Origin: Ranitomeya imitator
Lineage: Eukaryota
DNA: 64,000 bases
Assembly (NCBI RefSeq): GCF_032444005.1
Contig: NC_091285.1
Span: 228,346,001-228,410,000 of the forward strand
Direction of reading: 5' to 3'
The position numbers and the translations under genes were made by a program. The notes beneath the pieces were generated by a model, which saw nothing but the letters and a program-made list of their open reading frames with translations, ran no database searches and had not been told where the DNA came from. Numbering within the stretch: position 1 is the first letter of the stretch; the number at the start of each line of letters is the position of its first letter. Below, in pieces: positions 19,707-31,462 of the stretch.

Positions 19707-22210
19707 TAGTGTTGAGCGATACCTTCCGATATTCGAAAGTATCGGTATTGGATTGGATCGGCCGATATCATAAAAATATCGGATCTCGCCGATACCGATA
19801 CCCGATACCAATGCAAGTCAATGGGACCAAAATATCAGAATTAAAATAAATCCTTTCTTTCCATGTAGGTAATTCTACATGAAGGAAAACAACTAAGACT
19901 AACTTAGAATGTATTGGAGGAGGTGGAGGAGACATTAAAGGCATAGAGGTTTAGCCCATTCAAATGGAATAGCAGGAATTATAAATTTTTTAAGACGTTC
20001 GGAGTTACAAAGATTTTGACTATGTTTATTTTTTTAGATTTTGTCATATATTTATGTTTCTCTACTTCCATGCTCTGCACCTTTTTTTTAACTTCTACCA
20101 CACTTTCTTCTTCATCATCCTCAGCAGCAGCATCTTTTTCATTAACTTCTTCTTCACCTTCTTCTTCTCATTCAACTCTTCTTCTTCTTCATATTCAACT
20201 TCATCATCTCCTTCATATTCCTCTTCTTCATCAAAATCTTATGTGTGACAAACAGGCATTCCTGTAGTTGTTATCTGTCAAAGTTTGAAGATTACACCTT
20301 CCGTTCTGCCTGTCACAAAAGATTTAAAACAGGATTTGTCCACGTTCAGTTTGGCCTGCAGCAGCAGGTTTTTTCCAGGGGCACCACGAGGAGGAACGGA
20401 CTCACCCCCATACACTGCTAGTCTTCTTCTGCTTATAATTTAGATAATAACTTTTGCTCTGATTTTTAGTCTTATGCTTAATGTTCTTCTGCTTTTTGTT
20501 CTGCAGCTTCTTGTTCTTTTGCTTTTCAGTCTTCAGGGTCATCATGCTTAGGTTATTGAACTTTGAACTGTAGCAGGAGGTACAAGAAGGCCGAGGAACT
20601 GCAGAGAACCAGCTGACGGTACTGGTACCCGGATGGCTACCCGAAGGTGCAAGAGCCAATGGCACAACCAAGGACCAGCTGACGGTACTGGAACCCGGTT
20701 ACTAAGCATGAGGTACCCGTGCCACAAAGCACTACCAAGGACCGCCTGACGTTGGTGGAACTCGGATACCCAGAAGGAGGCACCAAAGCCAAAGGCTCTG
20801 CCCGGAACCAGCTGACGGTGCTGGAACCAGGATGGGGAGCAGAAGGTAAAAGAGCAAAAGACCTTGCCGAGAACCAGCTGACGGTACTGGAACCCGGATG
20901 GCTACCCGAAGGTAGAAGAGCCAATGGCACGACCGAGGACCAGTTGACGGTGCTGGAACCCAGTTACTAAGCAGGAGGTACCCGTGCCACCAAACACTAG
21001 CAAGGACCACCTGACGTTGGTGGAACTCGGATACCCAGAAGGAGGCACCTAAGCCAAAGGCTCTGCCCGGCACCAGCTGACGGTGCTGGAACCAGGGGGA
21101 CCTAGATAAGATTGTGTTTCCAAGAACCAGCTAATGGTGCTGGAACTCAGGCGGCAGAAGGTCCACAGTAAAAGAAAAAATAGGTAGGCCACGATCCAGC
21201 CACAGTTACTGATAACCAACAGTCCTACAGGGGGAGCTTGTCCTATTGGCACTACAGAACCAGCCTTGATTGCCACTTCCCGCAGCCCACATAGGCAGCA
21301 CCTAAACTGCAGGCACCATGGAGTCGGCTAACCCGACCGCAACACGACAGGACAATGTTTCGGAGTCTAAGTGACCTTGACACTACCTGGAAACAGCTGA
21401 CGGTGCTGGAACCAGGCAGGGCAGGAGGGAGTACCCGTGCCAAAGACACTGCCGAGAACCAGCTGACGGTACTGGAACCCAGATGCGTTGCCCAAGGTGC
21501 AAGAGCCAATGGCACGACCGAGGACCAGCTGACGGTACTGGAACCCGGTTACTAAGCATGAGGTACCCGTGCCACAAAGCACTACCAAGGACCACCTGAC
21601 ATTGGTGGAACTCGGATACCCAGAAGGAGGCACCTAAGCCAAAGGCTCTGCCCGGAACCAGCTGACGGTGCTGGAACTAGGGGGACCTAGATAAGATTGT
21701 GTTGCCAAGAACCAGCTAACGGTGCTGGAACTCAGGCAGCAGAAGGTCCACAGTAAAAGAAAAAATAGGTAGGCCGCGATCCAGCTGCAGTTACCAATAA
21801 CCAACAGTCCTACAGGGGGAGCTTGTCCTATTGGCACTACAGAACATAGCCCACATAGGAAGCACCTATACTGCAGGCACCATGGAGTCGGCTAACCCGA
21901 CCGCAACATGACAGGACAACATTTTATAGGATAAGTGACCTTGACACTACCCGGAAACAGCTGGCGTGCTGGAACCAGGCTGGGCAGGTGGGAGTACCCG
22001 TGCCAAAGACACTTCTGAGCAGCAACTGGCGGTGTTGGAGCCCAGGGATTACATGACAGAGTGTAGGCTGAGGCCTAATTTGAGCAAGTTGAAAGGGAAC
22101 CTTTAACCCCCCCCAGACATTAGCAACTTAAAAAGCCACCTTGCACAGCACTAACACTGCACAAGGAAAAGTTGGCTCTTTTAGTTATGCTCCTTGCACA
22201 CGCAGAACTA
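19707..22210. mobile_element. Left end and internal part of a hAT-like non-autonomous element
   Basis: Starts TAGTGTTGAGCGA, the same terminal type as the TSD-verified MITEs at 54992 and 60850. No right TIR seen; right boundary approximate. Confidence 0.5.
20600..22050. repeat. Complex tandem repeat: ~66-bp units with a conserved ACCAGCTGACGGTRCTGGAACC core and a 585-bp higher-order duplication
   Basis: Cores at 20609, 20675, 20742, 20808, 20874, 20940, 21007, 21073, 21127 and onward; block at 21061 repeated at 21646. Confidence 0.85.
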
Positions 22211-22780
22211 AACACTTATAAAATGTGTCCCCTGATACCAAGAAACCATCCCGGAGGTGGGACTTTCCTTCGTTTAAAAACATTTTTTTTTACTTGTGCC
22301 ATGCTTCAATAGCCTCCATGGGAGGCTAGAAGCTGGCATAGTCTGATCGCCTCTGCTACATAGCAGCGATCATCAGATCGCTGCTATGTAGCTGAAATGC
22401 AGGTGTGCTGTGAGCGCCGACCACAGGGGGCGCTCACAGCAGGCTGGCATCAGTAACTATAGAGGTCTCAAGGACCTCTATGGTTACCTTCCTGATGCAT
22501 CGCCGACCCCGATCATGTGACGGGGGTCGGCGATGACATCATTTCCGGCCACCCGGCCGGAAGCGCCGGTTAAATGCCGCTGTCTGCATTTGACAGCGGC
22601 ATTTAACAGGTTAATAGCGGCGGGTGAATAGCGATTTCACCCACCGCTATTGCGCGCACATGTCAGCTGTACAAAACAGCTGACATGTCGCAACTTTGAT
22701 GTGGGCTCACCGCCGGAGCCCTCATCAAAGGGGGTGACACGGCATGCGCAGTAATAGTATGGCGCATGTCGTGAAAGGGG

Positions 22781-24278
22781 TATATAGCACAGCCCGCATA
22801 GTAGATAACACAGCCCACACAGCAGTATACAGCACAGCCCACACAGTAGTATATACAGCCAAGCCCAAACAGTAGTATATACAGCACAGCCCACACAGTA
22901 GTATATATAGCACAGCCCACACAGTAGTATATACAGCACAGCCCGCACAGTGGTATATCCAGCACAGCCCGCACAGTGGTATATCCAGCACAGCCCGCAC
23001 AGTGGTATATCCAGCACAGCCCGCACAGTGGTATATCCAGCACAGCCCGCAGAGTGGTATATCCAGCACAGCCTGCACAGTGGTATATCCAGCACAGCCC
23101 ACACAGTGGTATATCCAGCACAGCCAGCACAGTGGTATATCTAGCACAGCCCACACAGTGGTATATCCAGCACAGCCCACACAGTGGTATATCCAGCACA
23201 GCCCGCACAGTGGTATATCCAGTGTTATGACCTGGTGGTTAAGAGGCCACACTGATATGACCTGGTGGCTAAAATGCAACATGGAGCGAGCTCTGAGAAG
23301 GTGGTATCTCTACTGACTGCAGTCCCTAATCCTAACAACAACACTAGAAATAGCCGTGGAATGTTCCTGACTCTCCCTAGACACCTCTTCACAGCCTAAG
23401 AAATAACTACCCCTAAAGAAGGAAATAGAAAGCTATCTTGCCTCAGAGAAAACCCCCAAAAGGAAAGACAGCCCCCCACAAATATTGACTGTGAATGGAG
23501 AGGGAAAAGACGTACACAGAAATGAAATCAGAATTCAGCAAAGGAGGCCAATACTAAACTAGATAGACAGAGAGAAAAGGATACTGTGCGGTCAGTATAA
23601 AAAACTACAAAATCCACGCAGAGTTTACAAAAATGAACTCCACACCGACTCACGGTGTGGAGGGGCAAATCTGCTTTCCCAGAGCGTCCAGCTAGCCTGA
23701 ATAAGACATAGAGACAAGCTGGACAAAAAGATACATATTTGCAAAGCAATAGAGTCCAAACAAATAGACAAACAAAAACTAGCAAAAACTTATCTTTTGC
23801 AGACAAGGACTGGCCATATGAAAATTCGAAGGAGAGAACCAAATCCAACCAAGAACATTGACAGCAGGCATGGACTAAAGCCCAGAGCAAGTTTAAATAA
23901 CAAACCCAGGCAAGGCAATTAGTGAAGGCAGCTGCTACAGCTACCTAAAGGAGCAGCAGTTCCACTCGAAACCACCAGAGGGAGCCTAAGGGCAGAACTC
24001 ACAAAAATACCATTAGCAACCACAGGAGGGAGCTCCAGAACGGAATTCACAACAATCCAGCACAGCCCGCACAGTGGTATATCCAGCACAGCCTGCACAG
24101 TGGTATATCCAGCACAGCCCGCACAGTGGTATATCCAGCACAGCCCGCACAGTGGTATATCCAGCACAGCCCGCACAGTGGTATATCCAGCACAGCCCGC
24201 ACAGTGGAATATCCAGCACAGCCTGCACAGTGGTATATCCAGCACAGCCTGCACAGTGGTATATCCAGCACAGCCCAC
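22781..24278. repeat. 26-bp minisatellite (CACAGCCCGCACAGTGGTATATCCAG), split by a solo LTR
   Basis: Tandem units at 22781-23222 and 24055-24278. Confidence 0.95.
23223..24054 (-). mobile_element. Solo LTR of a third related chromoviral Gypsy family
   Basis: Termini TGTTGTGAATT...GGTCATAACA on the minus strand, 832 bp, 6-bp TSD ATCCAG, same TATA/R layout as Gypsy A and B. Confidence 0.92.
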
Positions 24279-24737
24279 ATCTCTCCTCCTCCCCCCGAGA
24301 ATGTCTCCACAGTTCAGCAAAAAAACAAAAAAAACACTCTTCTCACCTTTCCTCGTGCCCCGTGTTGCTTCCTGCTCTTGTCTCAGTCTCAGCGGCTGCA
24401 GTCTGTCCGGGACACAGCAGGTGCGTGATGATATGACGTCATCGTGCACCCGCAGTGTCAGAGGCAGAGCGGGGAATGATGGGAGAGGGAGCGTCTGTAG
24501 ACGCTCTCTCCTCCATCATTGCATTCAACTGCACCGGCGTCATAGACACCGTATAGTTGAATGCGACGGCAGGGGGGTGAGTTGTCGACGGCGGTGGGGA
24601 GGCCGATCGAGCGGCCCACGACTGGCACCGGCCCTTCTGGCATTTGCCAGAAGTGCCCGATGGCCAGTCTGGCCCTGGGTGTAAGTGCGATCTGCACTTA
24701 TGAACCGATACTACAATCGCCTAGGCATGAACCCTTA

Positions 24738-25117
24738 GGCTATGTGCACACGTTCAGGATTTCTCGCAGAAAATTCCTGAGAAAAACCGGACATTTTCTG
24801 CAAGAAATCCGCTAGAAAACCGCATGCGATTTTTCAGCGGTTCTGACGCGTTTATGCCGCGTTTTTTTCCAGACACTTCCCAATGCATTTTGTAGTGGGA
24901 AATCCACAAAAAACCCGCAAAATTAATGAACATGCTGCGGTTTTTACCGCGATGCGTTTTTTTTCGCGGAAAAAAACGCCTCATGTGCACAAAACATGCG
25001 GAATTCATTCTAAATGATAGGATGCTTATTGTATGTGTTTTTTTTGCGGTTTTATAGCATTTTTATTGGGAAAAACCGCGAAAAAAACACGAAAAAATGC
25101 AACGTGTGCACACAGCC
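24738..25117. mobile_element. PIF/Harbinger-type MITE
   Basis: TIR GGCTATGTGCACACGTT / AACGTGTGCACACAGCC with a 3-bp TTA TSD on both sides. Confidence 0.85.
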
Positions 25118-27666
25118 TTAGAGCGATATTCTTTCAGTATAATAACAGCTTTGCAGACGCTCTCTTTGTTTAATTTTACAAGGATTAAATGTAGCTGTCA
25201 TTTTATAAAACTTCTGACATGTCATAATCAATTTATGATTGACACTCAAATCAAAGGATAGGAACACCAAATTTTTATGTGAGAGGCCAAGCTCACCTTG
25301 TTCTCTAAAATAAAGATACTCTTTGTATAATGAGAGTTGAAAGTGTAAAGACAAGAATTGTTGCGATTTGTCGAGGTCACAACACCCAGACCTTCACTTA
25401 GCCCAGCTCTTTTCAAAGATTACAGTTACACTTTATCCTGCTGTGTATTCTCCAGTCCATCTTCTGTGATCATGTGTATTACTGTTTTTTTTTAATATAA
25501 GAACAGAAAAGATCAAATGACAAAATAAATAGACAGATGAGTTTTACAGGGCAATAGAACAATTTATTTACTATTGTTCAAGAAAATGAAGATGCTATTA
25601 TTAAAGAATAACTAAACTTTTGCAAAAAATTGCAATAATTTTTGTCCCTTTAAGTGGATTGTAGATTAGTGGGGTCTGGACCCTGAGTTCCCCACCAATT
25701 ATTCAATAGACCACAACAAGAGCACAGACTTTCTATTAAATCTGTACTTTTTCAATGAGTGTGTGCTCTGGTAGGAACTGTGAGCTCTTGTTTCCTAGCT
25801 GCACAGCTTCTCATGGGTCTTTGGTGTGATCGGTGGGGGTCTCAGGGTCTGGATTCCCAACGATCCATGGGTAATTGAACGGACAGAAAAATATGTCTCA
25901 ATATTTTGCAATCATCATATTATATAGCACTGTGCTCTCACAATTTCACATTTTGCCCTTCTACCCAGCTAATACTGCTTTTTTCCTATAGGTCTATGAC
26001 ATCACGTGATTAAAAATTGACTAGCTGAATCCTTCTAAGCTTTATGTAGAAACATGAAATTTGCCCTGCGTGAGTCATGAGTCACTGCAAAAGTCCTTGG
26101 CAGGGGAGGAGGGAGCAGCTGGGTCAGGAGATGGAGAGGGGAATGATATATGCCAGGACAAGAGACTTCTTGTTGCTACATAGAACAGAGAAAAAAGAAT
26201 TTGCTGCGTAGAAAGGCAAAATGAGCAATTGTAATTACACAGTGCCATTTAAAATTATGACTGCAATATGTTGAAAGGATAAATACTTAATGGGAGTGCT
26301 TCTTTAACCCCTTTCTGACAGTAGACGTACTATCCCGTCGAGGTGGTATGGGCCGGTATGACCACTGACGGGATAGTACGTCTAACGTGAGTGCGGCCGA
26401 TCACGGCCGGGTGTCAGCTGACCGGATGTCACGGACCGCTCCTGGCACATTAACCACCGGAACACTGCGATCAAAGTCGATCGCAGCGTTCCGGCGGCAT
26501 TGAGAAGCATCGCGCAAGGAGAGTGCTGAGACCCTCGGTACAACGCGATGTGATCGCGTTGTACCGAGCATCTCCTCTCTGCAAGCCTCATATTAAAAAT
26601 GGCTGCGTGGCTCCTTCCAGGTCCTGCAGGGAGGTGGCTTTCAAGCACCTCCACAGAGCAGGCGTCGGGAAGCCTCCCTGCAGTGCCTGTCAGATCGCTG
26701 ATCTGACACAGTGCATTGCAAAGTGTCAGATCAGCGATCTGTCACTATATTGTGATGTCCACCCCTGGGGCAATGTAAAAAAGTAAAAAAAATAATATTC
26801 ACATGTGTAAAAGAAAAAAAAAAACCTAAATAAAGAAAAAAAAATATTGTTCCAAAAAATACATTTCTTTATCTAAAAAAAAAACAATAAAAGTACACAT
26901 ATTTAGTATCGCCATGTCCGTAACGACCCAACCTATAAAACTGTCCCACTAGTTAATCCCTTCAGTGAACACCGTAAAAAAAAAAACGAGGCAAAAAATT
27001 ATGCTTTATTATGATACCGCCAAACAAAAAGTGGAATAACGCGATCAAAAAGACAGATATAAATAATCATGGTACCGCTGAAAACGTCATCTTGTCCCAC
27101 AAAAAATGAGCTGCCATATAGCATCATCAGAAGAAAAATAAAAAAGTTATAGTCCTCAGAATAAAGCGATACAAAAATAATTATTTTTATGTAAAATTGT
27201 TTTTATCGTATAAAAGCGCCAAAACATAAAAAAAAAATATATGAGGTATCGCTGTAATCGTTCTGACCCGAAGAATAAAACTGCTTTATCAATTTTACCA
27301 AACGTGGGACGGTATAAGCGCCCCCCCAAAAGAAATTCATGAAAAGCTGGTTTTTGGTCATTCTGCCTCACAAGAATCGGATTAAAAAGCGATCAAAAAT
27401 GTCACGTGCCTGAAAATGGTACCAATAAAAATGTCAACTCGTCCCGCAAAAACCAAGACCTCACATGACTCTGTGGACCAAAATATGGAAAAATTATAGC
27501 TCTTAAAATGTAGAGACGCAAAAACTATTTTTTGCAATAAAAAGCTGCCAATCATAAAAATCAGCTAAAAACCTGCTATAAAAGTAAATCAAACCCCCCT
27601 TCATCACCCCCTTAGTTAGGGAAAAATAATAAAATTTTAAAAAATGTATTTATTTCCATTTTCCCA

Positions 27667-27990
27667 TTAGGGTTATGGTTGGGGCTAAAGTTAGGGTTAG
27701 GGTTGGGGCTAAAGTTAGGGTTAGGGCTACAGTTAGGGTTGGGGTTAGGATTAGGGTTGGGGCTACAGTTAGGGTTAGGGCTAAAGTTAGGGTTAGGGTT
27801 GAGGCTAAAGTTAGGGTTAGGGTTGGGGCTATAATTAGGGTTGGGGCTAAAGTTAGGATTAGGGTTGGGGTTAAAGTTAGGGTTGGGGCTAAAGTTAGGC
27901 TTTGGGCTAAAGGTAGGATTAGGGTTGGGGCTAAAGTTAGGGTTTGAATTACATTTACGATTGGGATTAGGGTTGGGATTAGGGTTAGGG
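27667..27990 (+). repeat. Telomere-like hexamer array (TTAGGG / TTGGGG / CTAAAG variants)
   Basis: In-phase mixed hexamers, G-rich on the + strand. Confidence 0.9.
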
Positions 27991-29270
27991 GTGTGTTTGG
28001 GATAGGGTTTCAGTTAGAATTGGGGGGGTTGTCACTATTTAAGCACATCGGGGGCTCTCCAAACTCAACATGGCGTCCAATCTCAATTCCAGACAATTCT
28101 GCGTTGAAAAAGTAAAACAGTGCTCCTTCCCTTCCGAGCTCTCCCGTGCGCCCAAACAGGGGTTTACCCCAACATATGGGGTATCAGCGTACTCAGGACA
28201 AATTGGACAACAACTTTTGGGGTCCAATTTCTCCTGTTACCCTTGGGGAAATAAAAAACCGGGGACTAAAAAATAATTTTTGTGGAATAAAAAGATTTTT
28301 TATTTTCACGGCTCTGTGTTGTAAACTGTAGCGATACACTTGGTTATTCAAAGTTCTCACAACACATCTAGATAAGTTACCTGGGGGGGTCTAGTTTACA
28401 ATATGGGGTCACTTGTGGGGGGTTTCCACTGTTTAGGTACATCAGGGGCTCTGCAAATGCAACATGACGCCTGCAGACCAAGCCATCTAAGTCTGCATTC
28501 CAAACGGCGCTCTTTCCCTTCTGAGCTCTGCCATGCACCCAAACGGTGGTTCCCCCCACATATGGGGTATCAGCGTACTCGGGACAAATTGGACAACAAC
28601 ATTTGGGGTTCAATTTCTCTTGTTACCCTTGGGAACATACAAAACTGGGGACAAAAAAATTATTTTTGCGGCAAAAAAAAAGATTTTTTATTTTCACGGC
28701 TCTTTTTTATTTTCACGTTATAAATTGTAGTGAAACACTTGGGGTTCAAAGTTCTCACAACACATCTAGATAAGTTCTTTGAGGGATCTATTTTCCAATA
28801 TTTGGTCAGTTGTGGGGCGTTTCTATTGTTTAGGTACATCAGGGGCTCTGCAAACGCAACGTGACGCCAGCAGACCTTTCCATCTAAGTCTGCATTCTAA
28901 ATGGAGCTCCTTCCCTTCCAAGCTCTGCCATGCGCCCAAACGATGGTTCCCTCCACATATGTGGTATCAGTGTACTCAGGACAAATTGCACAACAACTTT
29001 TGGGGTCCAATTTCTCCTGTTACCCTTGGGAAAATGCAAAACTATGGGCTAAAAAATAAATTTTGGGGAAAAAAAGGATTTTTTATTTTCACAGCTCTGC
29101 GTTATAAACTGTAGTGAAACACTGGGGGCTGCACAGTTCTCACAACACATCTAGATAAGTTCCTTGGGGGTCTAGTTTCCTGTATGGTGTCACTTGTGGG
29201 GGGTTTCTTCTGTTTAGGTACATCAGGGGCTCTGCAAACACAATGTGATGCCTGCAGACCATTCCATCTA

Positions 29271-30852
29271 CAGTGGGGCAAAAAAGTATTTAGTCAGTCA
29301 GCAATAGTGCAAGTTCCACCACTTAAAAAGATGAGAGGCGTCTGTAATTTACATCATAGGTAGACCTCAACTATGGGAGACAAACTGAGAAAAAAAAATC
29401 CAGAAAATCACATTGTCTGTTTTTTTAACAATTTATTTGCATATTATGGTGGAAAATAAGTATTTGGTCAGAAACAAAATTTCATCTCAATACTTTGTAA
29501 TATATTCTTTGTTGGCAATGACAGAGGTCAAACGTTTTCTGTAAGGCTTCACAAGGTTGCCACACACTGTTGTTGGTATGTTGGCCCATTCCTCCATGCA
29601 GATCTCTTCTAGAGCAGTGATGTTTTTGGCTTTTCACTTGGCAACACGGACTTTCAACTCCCTCCAAAGGTTTTCTATAGGGTTGAGATCTGGAGACTGG
29701 CTAGGCCACTCCAGGACCTTGAAATGCTTCTTACGAAGCCACTCCTTCGTTGCCCTGGCGGTGTGCTTTGGATTATTTTCATGTTGAAAGACCCAGCCAC
29801 GTTTCATCTTCAATGCCCTTGCTGATGGAAGGAGGTTTGCACTCAAAATCTCACAATACATGGCCCTATTCATTCTTTCATGTACCCGGATCAGTCGTCC
29901 TGGCCCCTTTGCAGAGAAACAGCCCCAAAGCATGATGTTTCCACCACCATGCTTTACAGTAGGTATGGTGTTTGATGGATGCAACTCAGTACTCTTTTTC
30001 CTCCAAACACGACAAGTTGTGTTTCTACCAAACAGTTCCAGTTTGGTTTCATCAGACCATAGGACATTCTCCCAAAACTCCTCTGGATCATCCAAATGCT
30101 CTCTAGCAAACTTCAGACGGGCCCGGACATGTACTGGCTTAAGCAGTGGTACACGTCTGGCACTGCAGGATCTGAGTCCATGGTGGCGTAGTGTGTTACT
30201 TATGGTTGGCCTTGTTACATTGGTCCCAGCTCTCTGCAGTTCATTCACTAGGTCCCCCCGCGTGGTTCTGGGATTTTTGCTCACCGTTCTTGTGATCATT
30301 CTGACCCCACGGGGTGGGATTTTGCGTGGAGCCCCAGATCGAGGGAGATTATCAGTGGTCTTGTATGTCTTCCAATTTCTAATTATTGCTCCCACTGTTG
30401 ATTTCTTCACTCCAAGCTGGTTGGCTATTGCAGATTCAGTCTTCCCAGCCTGGTGCAGGGCTACAATTTTGTTTCTGGTGTCCTATGACAGCTCTTTGGT
30501 CTTCACCATAGAGGAGTTTGGAGTCAGACTGTTTGAGGGTGTGCACAGGTGTCTTTTTATACTGATAACAAGTTTAAACAGGTGCCATTACTACAGGTAA
30601 TGAGTGGAGGAAAGAGGATACTCTTAAAGAAGAAATCTTGATTGTTTGTTTCTGACCAAATACTTATTTTCCACCATAATATGCAAATAAATTGTTAAAA
30701 AAACAGACAATGTGATTTTCTGGATTTTTTTTTCTCAGTTTGTCTCCCATAGTTGAGGTCTACCTATGATGTAAATTACAGACGCCTCTCATCTTTTTAA
30801 GTGGTGGAACTTGCACTATTGCTGACTGACTAAATACTTTTTTGCCCCACTG
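29271..30852 (-). mobile_element. Tc1 transposon with long TIRs, defective copy
   Basis: CAGTGGGGCAAAAAAGTATT termini and TA TSD. Transposase 30509->29487 has nonsense codons (K9* and one at 29634) and HDND changed to HENN. Confidence 0.95.
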
Positions 30853-31462
30853 TAAGTCTGCATTCCAAATGGAGCTCCTTCCATTCCGAGCTCTAGCATG
30901 CGCCCAAACAGTGGTTCTCCCCATATATGGGGTATCAGCATACTCAGGACAAATTGGACAACAACCTTTTGGGGTCCAATTTCTCCTGTTACCCTAGGGA
31001 AAATACAAAACTGGGGGCTAACAAATAATTTTTGTGAAAAAAAAGAAGAATTTTTATTTTCACGGCTCTGCGTTATAAACTATAGTGAAACACTTGGAGG
31101 TTCAAAGTTCTCACAGCACATCCAGATAAGTTCCTTAGGAGGTCTTCTTTCCAAAATGGTGTCACTTGTGGGGGTTTTCTATGTTTAGGCACATCAGGGG
31201 CTCTCCAAACGCGACATGGCGTCCTATCTCAATTCCAGTCAATTTTGCATTGAAAAGTCAAACGGCGCTCCTTCCCTTCTGAGCTCTGCCATGCGCCCAA
31301 ACAGTAGTTTACCCCCACATATGGGGTATCAGCGCACTCAGGACAAATTTTCCAACAACCTTTGGGGTCCAATTTCTTGTGTTACCATTGGGAAAATAAA
31401 AAATTGGGGGCGAAAAGATCATTTTTGTGAAAAAATATGATTTTTTATTTTTACGGCTCTAC

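Noticed and set aside
20600-22050. CRISPR-like repeat-spacer appearance
   Set aside because: The spacers are homologous to each other and recur in higher-order blocks, there are no cas genes, and the context is vertebrate. It is a complex satellite.
22637-24436. Many 100-190 aa ORFs (CAGCAGYTTVRAVLDIPLCGLCWIYH and similar)
   Set aside because: Artefacts of a 26-bp minisatellite that lacks stops in several frames; no domain or splice support.
27675-27947. ORF MVGAKVRVRVG... and the idea of a true telomere or chromosome fusion point
   Set aside because: The ORF is a hexamer-repeat artefact. The array has one orientation, is degenerate and lies inside a transposon, with no head-to-head TTAGGG/CCCTAA junction.
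29860-30600. 246-aa ORFs antisense to the Tc1 transposases (also 39073-39813)
   Set aside because: Shadow frames opposite the transposase, shared only because the two copies are near-identical; no independent coding evidence.
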